The translations under genes were made by a program, and so were the position numbers. DNA of 64,000 nucleotides, taken from positions 64,001 to 128,000 of the forward strand of contig OZ242326.1 in assembly GCA_965208325.1 (NCBI GenBank), given 5' to 3'. Below are positions 39,325-49,732 of this stretch, piece after piece; the first letter of the stretch is position 1; every line of letters starts with the position of its first letter. Source of the stretch: Candidatus Poribacteria bacterium. GTDB taxonomy: Bacteria > Poribacteria > WGA-4E > PCPOR2b. Below the pieces are notes generated by a model. It was not told the DNA's origin. It made no database searches and saw only the letters and a list, made by a program, of their open reading frames with translations.

Positions 39325-39780
39325 TCACACCGTATGATACACTGATTCCGGTATCACTACGAGCGAAAAGGTGATTCGAACATCGGTACCGCCGTGAGTA
39401 TTGGGCTGCATTTCCATGTGGTCTGAGAGTTTTTTCGCAAGATAAACGCCGTGGCCGCGATCGCTGCCGGGTGTTCTCCTTGTGAGAAATTCATCAACCC
39501 ATCCTTCGGTAAGCCAGCTATTTTCCGAGTTTTGTCCTTTATCTCGAACCAAAACCTCTAATTGGCTGGAATCGCAATGAAATGTCAAATCAATTCCTGC
39601 TGTTTCACTAGGCGACCCGTGCTCAATCGCATTGCTGCACACTTCATCAATAACCGATGTTATATCATTCATGCGTGTTTGAGAAAAACCGATTTGTTGA
39701 GCCAACCGCCTAGCAAATGCCAGAATAGAACTCACGTACAAGAGGCGACTGGGCATCTTGAGGTCAATGTACTCTTGCAT
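39325..39780 (-). CDS. Anti-sigma factor Ser/Thr kinase (RsbW-like HATPase)
   Basis: EVCSNAIEHG, VRDKG and DRGHGVYL motifs. Confidence 0.88.
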   Translation of the reverse strand: MQEYIDLKMPSRLLYVSSILAFARRLAQQIGFSQTRMNDITSVIDEVCSNAIEHGSPSETAGIDLTFHCDSSQLEVLVRDKGQNSENSWLTEGWVDEFLTRRTPGSDRGHGVYLAKKLSDHMEMQPNTHGGTDVRITFSLVVIPESVYHTV

Positions 39781-39975
39781 TTTTTCCTGTCCTTGGGATT
39801 TTATTTTAAGAAGGTTAAGGTATTCAATGGAGGCTTCGCATAGAATCGTATTATCTGTGCTCAGCCCTAGACTGAATGATTCAAACGCTTACGTGCCAAA
39901 GGCGGAATCCAATTCCATCCGCCGGTATCCGCCGCCGCATTCTCCTGAAGCCAATATTGGAGGCGGGCAGAAGCA

Positions 39976-40320
39976 CTATTTGAAGCCAGCTAGTGCGCTG
40001 GTCTCCGATTCATAAAGCTCAAGCACTCTAGAGGCGCCAATCATATCGAACGTCCGCTTAATATGATCAGCAGTTCCGAAAACCTTAAGGTCTCCACTTT
40101 TCTGGCGTAACCGCTTTGCAACGCCAACTAGGGCGCCAACTGCGGTACTGTTGATATGTTGTACACCGTTCAGATTAACAACAATTTTCTCGGCTTCCTG
40201 ACCGATTAACTCCTGAAGCCCTCTCCGTAGTTCAGCAGCCTCATAGCTTCCAAGGTCGGTGTTGACATCAACGATTATTACGTCTGAATCTTCACGCATG
40301 GTTAAAGATTTCGTTGGCAT
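39976..40320 (-). CDS. STAS-domain anti-anti-sigma factor (likely start 40320)
   Basis: VVNL.GVQHINSTAVGAL motif; AAGGAG RBS. Confidence 0.87.
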   Translation of the reverse strand: MPTKSLTMREDSDVIIVDVNTDLGSYEAAELRRGLQELIGQEAEKIVVNLNGVQHINSTAVGALVGVAKRLRQKSGDLKVFGTADHIKRTFDMIGASRVLELYESETSALAGFK

Positions 40321-40508
40321 AACGAAGACATCTGCTCCTTTCAATTGGTGTGCTCTTGAGTGTACCCCATTCAAAAATGATGGTTGTACCTACATGTCCC
40401 TCAAGAGGTAAAATAGAGATTTCTCAGAATTGGGGTGGCTAACAATTAGGATTAAAAGATAACATTTTACAAAAAAAAATGCAAGAAATTTAATTGCAAG
40501 AGGTTATT

Positions 40509-41273
40509 ATGAAATTTGGAGACAATTGCTGGGTTGACATGCAACAGGCGGATAAGAACAAGATTGTCGTGATGCCGCTCGGATCGATGGAACAGCATGG
40601 TCACCACTCGCCGCTTTTGACCGATACTTATCTTGTGACGGAAATTGCGGAACGGGTAGAAGAACATCTCAGCGGGCAAATCTACATGCTGCCGACGATG
40701 TGGCTTGGTGCATCGGATCATCATTTAGATTTGCCCGGTACCGTAAGCGTTACCAACAGCGTCTACTCCGCTATAATCAAAAACATCGTTAGGTCAATCG
40801 CCAAAGCGGGCTTTCGCCGACTTCTATTTCTTAACGGACACGGCGGAAATGTCACGCCCGGCACGCAAGCAATCACGGAACTCACTAACGAGTCTGATGT
40901 TTACAACGAAATGTGGATAGCACTGTCTTCTTACTGGACCGTAGCTGCACCGGCAATTTCGCCGGAAGACCACGGCATGCAGACGAAACAGCTTACGCAC
41001 GCTTGCGAATATGAAACTTCGATGATGTTGTTCCTGCACGGTGAAATCATGCGTATGGATCGAGTCGAGTCAAGTCCGCCGTTAATCAATTCTCCGTATT
41101 TCCACAGCGAATACGGTGGACGCCTCAATGTCGCCAAACGGATGGCTACGCGCACACCAACAGGCGCGATGGGTGAACCGCAATATGCAACACCGCAAAA
41201 GGGTGAATCATTGCTGAATGCCATCGCTGATGAGGTGATTGCTTGTATCGAAGATTTTGCAACTTGGTCGTAG
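40509..41273 (+). CDS. Creatininase family amidohydrolase
   Basis: PLGS.EQHG.H.PL.TD, GASDHH, NGHGGN and HA.E.ETS motifs. Confidence 0.92.
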   Translation: MKFGDNCWVDMQQADKNKIVVMPLGSMEQHGHHSPLLTDTYLVTEIAERVEEHLSGQIYMLPTMWLGASDHHLDLPGTVSVTNSVYSAIIKNIVRSIAKAGFRRLLFLNGHGGNVTPGTQAITELTNESDVYNEMWIALSSYWTVAAPAISPEDHGMQTKQLTHACEYETSMMLFLHGEIMRMDRVESSPPLINSPYFHSEYGGRLNVAKRMATRTPTGAMGEPQYATPQKGESLLNAIADEVIACIEDFATWS

Positions 41274-41373
41274 TCAACGCGTAATCGCGGTTATATTGAG
41301 AACGACTCATTGCGGCGCAACGTAGTTTCTACTGTCAACTTTTTCCGAATCCGCAAACGCCTAAAACACCGTT

Positions 41374-41871
41374 ATGAACAAGCTGACTCATTTTGACCAA
41401 GAAGGCCGCGCTCGAATGGTCGATATCACTCCGAAATCGGAAACACTGCGGGTAGCCGTGGCACGCGGCCATATTTCCGCCAAACCGGAGACAATCAGAT
41501 TAATCACCGAACATAGTATTGCCAAGGGGGATGTACTTGAGACAGCGCGGCTCGCTGGGATCATGAGCGCTAAGCGTACCGGAGATCTAATTCCGCTCTG
41601 CCACCCGATTCCGCTGACGGCTGTCAGAGTGGATTTGTCCATCAACGAAGCGGCATGCCGGATCGAGATTGAGGCAGAGGTGCGAACCGTCGGGCGTACT
41701 GGGGTGGAAATGGAATCTTTAACCGCCGTTTCGGTCGCTGGTTTGACCGTCTATGACATGTGTAAAGCGGTCGATCGAGAGATGGTTATCTCCGATGTTC
41801 GGTTAATCAAAAAAGTTGGCGGCAAAAGCGGGGCGTTTACTCGCGGTGAATGCGGCGCGGATAACCGATGA
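41374..41871 (+). CDS. moaC: Cyclic pyranopterin monophosphate synthase
   Basis: LTHFD..G.ARMVD, KGDVL, LIPLCHP, TGVEME and GGKSG motifs. Confidence 0.97.
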   Translation: MNKLTHFDQEGRARMVDITPKSETLRVAVARGHISAKPETIRLITEHSIAKGDVLETARLAGIMSAKRTGDLIPLCHPIPLTAVRVDLSINEAACRIEIEAEVRTVGRTGVEMESLTAVSVAGLTVYDMCKAVDREMVISDVRLIKKVGGKSGAFTRGECGADNR

Positions 41872-42761
41872 CCCCGGCTTATGTTCTTCTTGTTCTATTT
41901 TCTGCCTGCCTGCATGCCTTGTGGAACTGCTTCAGTAAAGCTAGCCGTTCGCCGCAAATCTTCTTCTTCTGGACCGGTATATTTACTGCAACAATTGCAA
42001 TTGTCATCTTTGCGGTTCGGCACCCAACTATCCCCCCGTCCGTTCAATTCTACGTCGTCGCGTCCGGGTTGGTTCATTCTGTATACTGGTATTCATTGAG
42101 CCAAGCCTACTCGTCAGGCGATGTGTCCTATGTCTACCCAATCGCTCGATCAGCACCAGGGTTTGTACCTCTATTTGCGTACCTGTTTTTGCACGAGGCA
42201 ATTTCAGCCCGAGGTCTGATTGGTATCGTCTGCGTGGTATTCTCCATTTATCTGTTTCAACAAGGAGGCAGCCGCTTACAGCTTATAGAACTCACCCGGC
42301 GTATTAGGCAACGAGATGCAATTTGGGCGTTTTCAACACTTTGCACGGTAATTGCTTATTCGCTGATTGACAAGAAGGGAATGTCCGAGTTCAATACCAC
42401 CGGCACAACCCAACTCCCTGTTTGGCACGCCGTAAGCTACTATTTGACACAAGCCGCAATATCCGCCGTATTTTACGGTGTGTTTACCTTTCGGAGTTTT
42501 GAAAAGCGAGAAATTACGGATATCGCACGGAGAGAGTGGCGGACAATCATTTTGGCATGTTGGTTGATACTCATTTCTTACACGATAATTCTATATACAT
42601 TTATCACGCAAAAAGTGAGTTATGTCGTCGCAATTCGACAGAGTTCCGTGATTTTTGCCGTGTGGTTAGGAGCCAATGTGTTAAAGGAATCCAATGCAAA
42701 ATTGAGATTCGCCGCGGCCGGCGTGATGGTTGTCGGCGTGTTTTTAATCTCGACAGCGTGA
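41868..42761 (+). CDS. EamA/DMT family transporter
   Basis: About 10 TM; HALWN..K, AY..GD.S.VYPIAR and YV.A.R..SV motifs. Confidence 0.9.
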   Translation: MTPAYVLLVLFSACLHALWNCFSKASRSPQIFFFWTGIFTATIAIVIFAVRHPTIPPSVQFYVVASGLVHSVYWYSLSQAYSSGDVSYVYPIARSAPGFVPLFAYLFLHEAISARGLIGIVCVVFSIYLFQQGGSRLQLIELTRRIRQRDAIWAFSTLCTVIAYSLIDKKGMSEFNTTGTTQLPVWHAVSYYLTQAAISAVFYGVFTFRSFEKREITDIARREWRTIILACWLILISYTIILYTFITQKVSYVVAIRQSSVIFAVWLGANVLKESNAKLRFAAAGVMVVGVFLISTA

Positions 42762-42792
42762 ACTTTCGGTAGGTTGAAAAATTGGTGAGCAT

Positions 42793-43464
42793 TCAGAACG
42801 GAAGGGATTGAATAGTATTCCCTATCCAATCATTCACTAAAAAATCTACGCGTTGAATCAGCAACGAAACACGACCCATCACCGTATTGCCGAACGCAGA
42901 ACCAAATCCGACCATCAGGAAAACTATGCCAACCTTGGAAATCCCGCCGACAACTCCGCGATGTTCGACTGAGAAGAAGAAGTAGGTCAGTGTTGCAATG
43001 ACACCAATAAACATTAGGATTGCGCCAAAAATTTCAAACGGACCTAGTTTTCCAGCGTAAATCTGTGCGAACGGCACGAGTGTTCCATGAAGCTGACGAA
43101 AAATACTTGCGTCCATTACATTGGGGATCGCCAAACCAGAACCTACGCCGATAAGGATTGCGAACGGATATCGAATTATCCATGCGTGTTTTGGAACGAG
43201 GCGCGCAAAAAACATCAGGCCAATTGCAATAGGGATAAGTTTCAGTAAACCTGCAGCCTCCCGCTCCGTCACCGCCTTCCAGAAGGGATTCCAAGCAAAA
43301 GGAATCAACCCGTCATGGATTGAAAGTACAATGCCGTAGCCTACCGAAACCCCGAGGAAAAGATGCTCGGCAAATCGATAAAATGGATTGTCACGGTAAA
43401 GAAAACTGTAGATGCAGAGTGTGAGAAATGCGGCTACCCAAACACCAAATAATTCCATACGCAA
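42793..43464 (-). CDS. Conserved hypothetical membrane protein (DUF6754 operon gene 4)
   Basis: Multi-TM; SFLY.DNPFYRFAEH..LGVS.GY and FG..FG.TVMGR motifs. Confidence 0.75.
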   Translation of the reverse strand: MRMELFGVWVAAFLTLCIYSFLYRDNPFYRFAEHLFLGVSVGYGIVLSIHDGLIPFAWNPFWKAVTEREAAGLLKLIPIAIGLMFFARLVPKHAWIIRYPFAILIGVGSGLAIPNVMDASIFRQLHGTLVPFAQIYAGKLGPFEIFGAILMFIGVIATLTYFFFSVEHRGVVGGISKVGIVFLMVGFGSAFGNTVMGRVSLLIQRVDFLVNDWIGNTIQSLPF

Positions 43465-43474
43465 CCCCCCAATT

Positions 43475-44290
43475 TTATTGTTCCTTGCGGCGCCGAATAA
43501 AAAATGCGATATTGCCGAAAATTACCAATGCGACGATTAGCAGGTGCACGAAAGATTGAACGCTCATTCCTGCCGTCCCCTTCTCCGGTGCGTTAATCAG
43601 TTTTTCGTACTCCGCCGCTCCTAAGAGTCCAGGCATCAGTCCCACCAACTGCTTCGTTTGGAGATAAGGATACAACTCCGATACCATCACACCGGTCACG
43701 CCCGCAGCAATCTGTTGGTTATACCTCGTATTGGTGTAAGTAATCCACCACGCCGGTGATGAAGATGATGCCAAGTCCAAAACCAAGTCAATATGATCGT
43801 AGTTTTTGATTTCATTCATCATAGGTATTTCTCGCAAAGGCTTATCGGCATAATCGCTCTCGAAAACACTTTCGATTGAACTACCCATACCGAGGAGAAC
43901 TTGTATCCTGCCGGGTCTATATCCTAGATACACGTAATCTTCACCATTTACGGCACCTGTTTCTTCCGCGATGTCCTTTATTACTTCGTCTCCCAAAGTT
44001 GCTCCGTCCGGAAAAAGCGTCAAACCGATGACGCGAAGCCCCCTTTTAAAGCAGTGCCGCAAAACGGCGGCTGCCATTGGTTCTAATTCGGCAAGCGATG
44101 ATGGCCCATAATTAAAAGCCATCAAAACAGTAGCGTCCGGTGGAAGTTCGTCGATGTGGGTGTATATTTGGCGTGTCGGTTCTGAGACCGTGATTGGGAA
44201 ACTGACCTTTAAGAATGTTGGGATGATTACCGCGAGCGCTACTAGAATGAAAATAATACGTCGATCGATATTCATCAATCTTTCAAGCAT
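43475..44290 (-). CDS. Conserved hypothetical membrane-anchored protein (DUF6754 operon gene 3)
   Basis: IDRRII, Y.P...AELEP, G.DYVYLGY and PY..T.QL.G...GL.GAAEYE motifs; terminal TM segments. Confidence 0.75.
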   Translation of the reverse strand: MLERLMNIDRRIIFILVALAVIIPTFLKVSFPITVSEPTRQIYTHIDELPPDATVLMAFNYGPSSLAELEPMAAAVLRHCFKRGLRVIGLTLFPDGATLGDEVIKDIAEETGAVNGEDYVYLGYRPGRIQVLLGMGSSIESVFESDYADKPLREIPMMNEIKNYDHIDLVLDLASSSSPAWWITYTNTRYNQQIAAGVTGVMVSELYPYLQTKQLVGLMPGLLGAAEYEKLINAPEKGTAGMSVQSFVHLLIVALVIFGNIAFFIRRRKEQ

Positions 44291-44295
44291 CGCCT

Positions 44296-44940
44296 TTAAT
44301 CTCCTCCGCCAAGATAGGACCGCTCAATCCCCAAAATTATGCGGATAGATTGAGAAATAACGCCGAGGCTTATACCAAGTATGATTCCTCTGCGGGATGA
44401 GAGGTTTGGATTATCCAAAATCCACTGCCGCGCCGTGGATGGCAGGTCATCTCCGAATGGTATTAACTTATTCCAGATAAAATCGCCAACGGGCACATTC
44501 CCAATCATTACAATCAATGCGGCTGCAAGTAGCAAGGACGCTTCAAACGTACGTGCGCGGAAGGCGCGGTAAGCGGCGGAGGCAATAATAAAAGCCAGAA
44601 GCGAAAACATGGTCGCATCCATTGGTACCTGGACATTTTCAAACATCCACACAAATGCAGGATGCCGCTTCCCAAAAGGAATACCAATCACCACCATGAC
44701 AATCATTCCGATAAAAACTAGATAACTGTATTGCCAGTATTCCGCGCGGCGTCGAATACGAATCCAGTGTGTGTGCACAAGGGATGCAACCGCTAACACA
44801 AGTGCAAATGGCCAAATGATTAGCGACCAGTCGATAATCTCTTTCCTGATTCCTTGAGATACAGGGTGTGGACTAAACTCGGCTAGCATCATTACAAGAC
44901 CAAAAATGAAGCATAGTGCTAACGGAACTTGTCGTCTCAT
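44296..44940 (-). CDS. Conserved hypothetical membrane protein (DUF6754 operon gene 2)
   Basis: Multi-TM; P..ATMFSLLAF.I.SAAYRAFR.R and RIILG.ER.Y motifs. Confidence 0.75.
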   Translation of the reverse strand: MRRQVPLALCFIFGLVMMLAEFSPHPVSQGIRKEIIDWSLIIWPFALVLAVASLVHTHWIRIRRRAEYWQYSYLVFIGMIVMVVIGIPFGKRHPAFVWMFENVQVPMDATMFSLLAFIIASAAYRAFRARTFEASLLLAAALIVMIGNVPVGDFIWNKLIPFGDDLPSTARQWILDNPNLSSRRGIILGISLGVISQSIRIILGIERSYLGGGD

Positions 44941-45006
44941 TGCACCTCCATATCGATAACTTGAAACATAAAGCGGATTGGGACCACCTGCGTTAGGCGG
45001 CGATAA

Positions 45007-46173
45007 TCAGACTCGCTGAAAGAACGTGGTCACCCAAGTTACTCCGATAAGTTCGAGTATGACTCCAATGATGAGGGCGCCGAAGATTATCAACTTTCCA
45101 TAATCCTGCCCTCTTAAACTCCCAATCAACATCGGTTCGCGCGATAAATACGCGCTTGCGGCGTACAATTCTTCTCCAATCAGCGTGTAATCGCATGCAG
45201 CGATAAAGAACGGCAGTTGTGAGTCGGAATCCGTGCCGGCTATTTGAATCGCACCGACAGAATTTCCAGTTTCGGCAAGAATTAGAGATTCCGCGTAGAA
45301 CGTACCCTGCATGAAAATTGCTGCGGGTTTTTCGCGTATCATCATCCCATCAACGCCGGCAGCATAAGCGAACTGACTTTCAGTAAGGAAAAAGATGTCA
45401 TCCTCCTGATACGCGTCCGGGCGGCCTTCGTTAACATAGGCAGTTCTCACCATTTCACGAACTACATTCAACACGATTGGGTCATTGCACGGTACCCGCA
45501 ATGGCATTTCGTAGTCTGCGGTTTTCCTTGCAACTTGACTGAGAATGTTCATGCTTGCAATCGTTGCGACGTCACTAACACTCCCCAAGCCCAAGATATA
45601 CATGATTGGGCGTCCCATCTCAGTCGATCTCCCGATTGCCTCATCGACTGCCTCAAGCCCAGGAATGCGGCGGATGAAAATTTCCTTCCCGCGGCGTGCA
45701 TGGTAGATAGAGTAAACTACAGCAACCGAAAACAGAATGAGTGCGAGGAAAATCCATCTTTTTCCGAAGTGGAACCAGTTCCCAACCGCTTTCACAGGCG
45801 CTGTCTCTGCGGAATTTACTGCTGATTCGGAAGCAGTGATAGCTTGGACGGAATATGTGTACGCTGAACCGCCTTTGGCGCCTTTATCGACATAACGTGT
45901 TTCACCCGCTGTAAGAGGGGATTTTGTAATCACCTCAAACTCCGAGTCACCTGACTTGCGAAGGACGTGGTACCCGGTGACAGCTTCTGCGCCCGTACCA
46001 TCTTCGGGTGACTTATCCCATGTGATGGTAATGCTCGCTCCGGCATCATTTGGTGTATCGAATGCGTTGACGTTTTCCGGTGGCGCCGGCTGCTGCGAAA
46101 AACCGACACTACAGCCGAAAACTAGTATGAGAGCGTTCACAACAATCTGTTGAAGCATCTTTTCAATATTCAT
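45007..46173 (-). CDS. Signal peptide, FN3-like domain, TM and DUF6754 domain protein
   Basis: PAPPENV..DTPND.G..I.ITW; IRRIPGLEAVDEAIGR.TEMGRP; QLPFF...CDYTLIGEELYAASAYLS. Confidence 0.8.
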   Translation of the reverse strand: MNIEKMLQQIVVNALILVFGCSVGFSQQPAPPENVNAFDTPNDAGASITITWDKSPEDGTGAEAVTGYHVLRKSGDSEFEVITKSPLTAGETRYVDKGAKGGSAYTYSVQAITASESAVNSAETAPVKAVGNWFHFGKRWIFLALILFSVAVVYSIYHARRGKEIFIRRIPGLEAVDEAIGRSTEMGRPIMYILGLGSVSDVATIASMNILSQVARKTADYEMPLRVPCNDPIVLNVVREMVRTAYVNEGRPDAYQEDDIFFLTESQFAYAAGVDGMMIREKPAAIFMQGTFYAESLILAETGNSVGAIQIAGTDSDSQLPFFIAACDYTLIGEELYAASAYLSREPMLIGSLRGQDYGKLIIFGALIIGVILELIGVTWVTTFFQRV

Positions 46174-46311
46174 CCGCTTTCACCGCCTCCTAACGTTTCC
46201 CTTTGAGTCTATGATTGTTGCCGCGGCAATTGGGTGCGTGAATCAATCTACCGATAAAACTGTCAACGCGGCTGTATTCTAACACATTGGCGCCATCTTT
46301 CCAAGACCTAA

Positions 46312-47358
46312 TTAAAGCCGCGGTGTTGGGACACCAAACGAGGATGCTGTTTCAACTAGTTTATTCCATGTTTTATCTTCAATTGGAATTCCGGTTTTCA
46401 ACCGTTCCTCCCGGCTTAGTATTTCGAATTCACCCGGGACATAAATGTCCTCAACCCCCGGCAGCCGTGGGGACGATTTTACCCAATCAATTAGAGCTTC
46501 GATCTCCTCACGATATACTTCTAAATCGATAAAGTCTTCTATTCGTATAGCAATCATTACGATACCGCTGGCACCGCGCGTCGGATTGGCTTGGCTGCAT
46601 CCCGCCCATGATAGGCCCCCGGCAATAGCATCAATCATGAATCCCAAGCCAAAGCCTTTGTGGCCGAATTGGAACCCGCCGAGCGGCATAATCGCTGAAC
46701 CGTCCGGGCAATCCCGTAGCGCAGATGGATCGGTCACGGCGTTCCCTTCCCGATCGATCATCCAACCCTCCGGCATTTTCTCATTCCGCGCTGCCTTGAG
46801 GAGAACCTTACCACCCGCTACAACGGTGGTTGTCATGTCGAGCATTAGCGGTTCACCATTCTTGCGGGGAACAGCAATGGCAATCGGATTGGGAGGCAAT
46901 CGCCGCGCGGAACCTCCAAATGGGTGCATCAATTGGCCGCCGCCATTCAGCAGTATTATGCCAATCATCCCCTCCCTTGCAGCTCTCGGCGGGTAATCTC
47001 CCATGCGGCCGGCATGCCCGCAGCCGTGCAGCCCAACCGCACCAATCGTGTTCGTTCTTGCTTTTTCTATTGCGAGTGCCATCCCCTTGCACGCCGCTAC
47101 CATCCCAAGCGCCCCGTTCGCATCAATAACGGCACTCGACGGGGTCTCACGAACAATCTCCAACTTACCCGTTGATGCGCCGCCTAGCATTTCATTGACA
47201 TATGTAGGCGCGTTAATTACGCCGTGAGAGTCGTGCCCTGCAAGATTAGAATCTACAACGTGGTCACTGACGATTCGGGCATCTTCCTCAACACCGCCCG
47301 CCGCAATGTACATATCATATACAAATTCCCTGAGAACATCATGTTGAATAATAGGCAT
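46312..47358 (-). CDS. Ldh_2 family (malate/L-lactate dehydrogenase type 2) oxidoreductase
   Basis: GHDSHG, GH.GR.G.Y, NPIAIA.P, LDM.T, GHKGFGL and PGE motifs. Confidence 0.92.
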   Translation of the reverse strand: MPIIQHDVLREFVYDMYIAAGGVEEDARIVSDHVVDSNLAGHDSHGVINAPTYVNEMLGGASTGKLEIVRETPSSAVIDANGALGMVAACKGMALAIEKARTNTIGAVGLHGCGHAGRMGDYPPRAAREGMIGIILLNGGGQLMHPFGGSARRLPPNPIAIAVPRKNGEPLMLDMTTTVVAGGKVLLKAARNEKMPEGWMIDREGNAVTDPSALRDCPDGSAIMPLGGFQFGHKGFGLGFMIDAIAGGLSWAGCSQANPTRGASGIVMIAIRIEDFIDLEVYREEIEALIDWVKSSPRLPGVEDIYVPGEFEILSREERLKTGIPIEDKTWNKLVETASSFGVPTPRL

Positions 47359-47422
47359 TAATCTCCTCTACGCTATTGGTCAGTACCCCGCGACATCATC
47401 TATGCAAGGTCATTCTGAATCG

Positions 47423-48505
47423 TTACGCCTCATATTTCGGCTGGTTGGCTCCACGGTTTCTTTGCAGTCGCAACTTGCATCCCTTTAACGGAATATCTAC
47501 CCGAGCGCCGTTTTGCAGATGAGATTCCATGAACGCAAAGATTAACTCTGTGCTTGCGTGTGCTACCCGTACACCGCCGCGCGTCGGCTCGCCGGTGTCT
47601 AAAGCGTGAACCAAATCCTCAATGAGATTCGCCGTGCTGCTCGTGTTTTCGAATTCTGGGAATCGCTCGGGCGCAAAACTAGCGCCCCATCCGGGAATAT
47701 TAGTCTGGCGGCGCAAATTCCACCGCCAGCCGTTGTTAAAACACGCGAGACTGCCGCTTTCACAAATGGCTTCCCATTCGCTCGAACGCGGCGATAAAAG
47801 CGCGTATCCGGTTACGCCGTTCTGGAACTGAATCATCCCGTGCGCTACGGGATCTTCCCGCACAATTTCGCCGTCGAATATCCCTTCGCTGTTGGGAACG
47901 TGTGCCGAGACCCATGACGCCGGCTGATCAGAATTTAATCGAAAAATCAGATCAAAGTTATGACTGGCGGTGTTGAAAAGGGTTCCGTTAGCGTAGACAA
48001 TCAGAGTTTTGAGCGAGCCTAACTCGCCGCTGTCAATGACTTCTTTCATAGTGTCGAAGCCCACGTCCCAACGGCGGTTTGTACCCAAGTTAAAAAAGAC
48101 ACCGTTGCGTTCAACGGATTCTACCATCGCATCCGCTTCGTCCATTGAGGCAGCCATTGCCTTTTCAGCATAAATTGCCTTGACGTTGTGTTCAGCAGCG
48201 TGGATGACGATTTCTGCGCGTTGTTCGGGCTGCGTCGCGACACTCACGATATCGGGTTGTTCCTTCTCGATTAACTCTCGGTAATCAATATATTGCCTAT
48301 TTTTCGGCACTTCGTACCGCGTCCCGAATACCGACATAACGTCAGCGCGAAGATCTGAGCAAGCGATGAGCTCAATTCGCTCTTCTGCGTAAAAACCCGC
48401 CGCATGTGAATACGGTAGTGCAATCCCGCGATTGCCGATAACTTCGTTGTCAATGAATGCTCCCATTCGGCTACAGCCAATTACAGCAGCACGGTATATT
48501 TTCAT
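47423..48505 (-). CDS. Gfo/Idh/MocA family oxidoreductase
   Basis: AAVIGC.RMG, PDIVSVAT and EK.MA motifs. Confidence 0.9.
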   Translation of the reverse strand: MKIYRAAVIGCSRMGAFIDNEVIGNRGIALPYSHAAGFYAEERIELIACSDLRADVMSVFGTRYEVPKNRQYIDYRELIEKEQPDIVSVATQPEQRAEIVIHAAEHNVKAIYAEKAMAASMDEADAMVESVERNGVFFNLGTNRRWDVGFDTMKEVIDSGELGSLKTLIVYANGTLFNTASHNFDLIFRLNSDQPASWVSAHVPNSEGIFDGEIVREDPVAHGMIQFQNGVTGYALLSPRSSEWEAICESGSLACFNNGWRWNLRRQTNIPGWGASFAPERFPEFENTSSTANLIEDLVHALDTGEPTRGGVRVAHASTELIFAFMESHLQNGARVDIPLKGCKLRLQRNRGANQPKYEA

Positions 48506-48559
48506 AATCTAAACTCCTATACCTCGAAATCGAGCACGAGATGAGAAATATTACCCGCT

Positions 48560-49675
48560 TTACAAAAGTGCCTCGCCTGTTTCATTGTCAAAAAGATGTA
48601 TCCGTTCGGGAACGAAACTCATCCAAATCTTCTGTCCAATCCGGACATCATGCATAGGGGCTGTCCGAGCCTTTACGACGACATCTGTGCCTTCTTGACT
48701 CTTTCCAAGCGATATATCTACTATGGTTTCGGCCCCGAGCGGTTCAAAACCATAGACCTCCGCAGCGACGCTGCCTCCATCCTGGTCCGAACCAACCACT
48801 ACATCCTCGGGATGCACACCCAAAATCAGATCGCTACTCATTCTGGACCCTATCAGAGCGTGAGTAAGCCGATTATTTTTAATCTCAATTTGTAGTCTTC
48901 CTATTAGCGTCAATATGGTTTTGTCATCAACAATGACTAAGTTACAAGGAATTAGGTTTATGCTGGGATTGCCAATAAAGTTGGCGACGAGAAGATTGGC
49001 AGGAGAATGGTAAACCTCTTTTGGCGTACCGACTTGCTGAATGCAGCCCCGATCTAATACCGCTATTCGATCCGCCATTGACATGGCTTCAATCTGATCA
49101 TGCGTAACATATAACGTAGTTGCCTCAAGTTGGCGCTGCCGCCACTTAATTTCCGCCCGCATCTCGGCGCGAAGTTTTGCATCAAGATTTGAGATTGGTT
49201 CGTCCATTAGGAAAAGCCGTGGATGCCGCACCATGGCGCGGCCAAGCCCAACGCGCTGCGTTTCACCTCCGCTAAGTTGATTCGGTTTGCGCTGCAGGAG
49301 GTGCCCGATGTGCAACATCTCGGCAATGTCGTTCACCCGACGATTGATTTCCGGTTCCGGCATTTCACGTGGATACAGCGGGAATGCCATATTCTGGTAG
49401 ACCGTCAGATGCGGGTAGAGTATATGTGATTGAAATACAAAGGCGACATCTCGTTCAGCCGGAATGAAATCGTTGATTCGCTCACCATCAAAATAGATAG
49501 AACCTTCATCCGGGCGGTCAAGTCCAGCGATGCATCGCAGTGAGGTCGTCTTACCTGCACCCGTTTGACCAAGTAACACGAAGAATTCCTCGTTGTTTAT
49601 CTCCAGATTGATGTTGTCAAGGGCTACGACTTCATCGAATCGTTTGGTGAGATTTTCCAGTTTGACAGCTGTCAT
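48560..49675 (-). CDS. Carbohydrate ABC transporter ATP-binding protein
   Basis: GQTGAGKTT, LSGGE.QR, LMDEP, YVTHDQ and TOBE tail. Confidence 0.95.
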   Translation of the reverse strand: MTAVKLENLTKRFDEVVALDNINLEINNEEFFVLLGQTGAGKTTSLRCIAGLDRPDEGSIYFDGERINDFIPAERDVAFVFQSHILYPHLTVYQNMAFPLYPREMPEPEINRRVNDIAEMLHIGHLLQRKPNQLSGGETQRVGLGRAMVRHPRLFLMDEPISNLDAKLRAEMRAEIKWRQRQLEATTLYVTHDQIEAMSMADRIAVLDRGCIQQVGTPKEVYHSPANLLVANFIGNPSINLIPCNLVIVDDKTILTLIGRLQIEIKNNRLTHALIGSRMSSDLILGVHPEDVVVGSDQDGGSVAAEVYGFEPLGAETIVDISLGKSQEGTDVVVKARTAPMHDVRIGQKIWMSFVPERIHLFDNETGEALL

Positions 49676-49732
49676 AGGACGATTGCAGAGAAACAGTGAC
49701 TCTTACAAACGAGAATATACGCAATTATGAAT

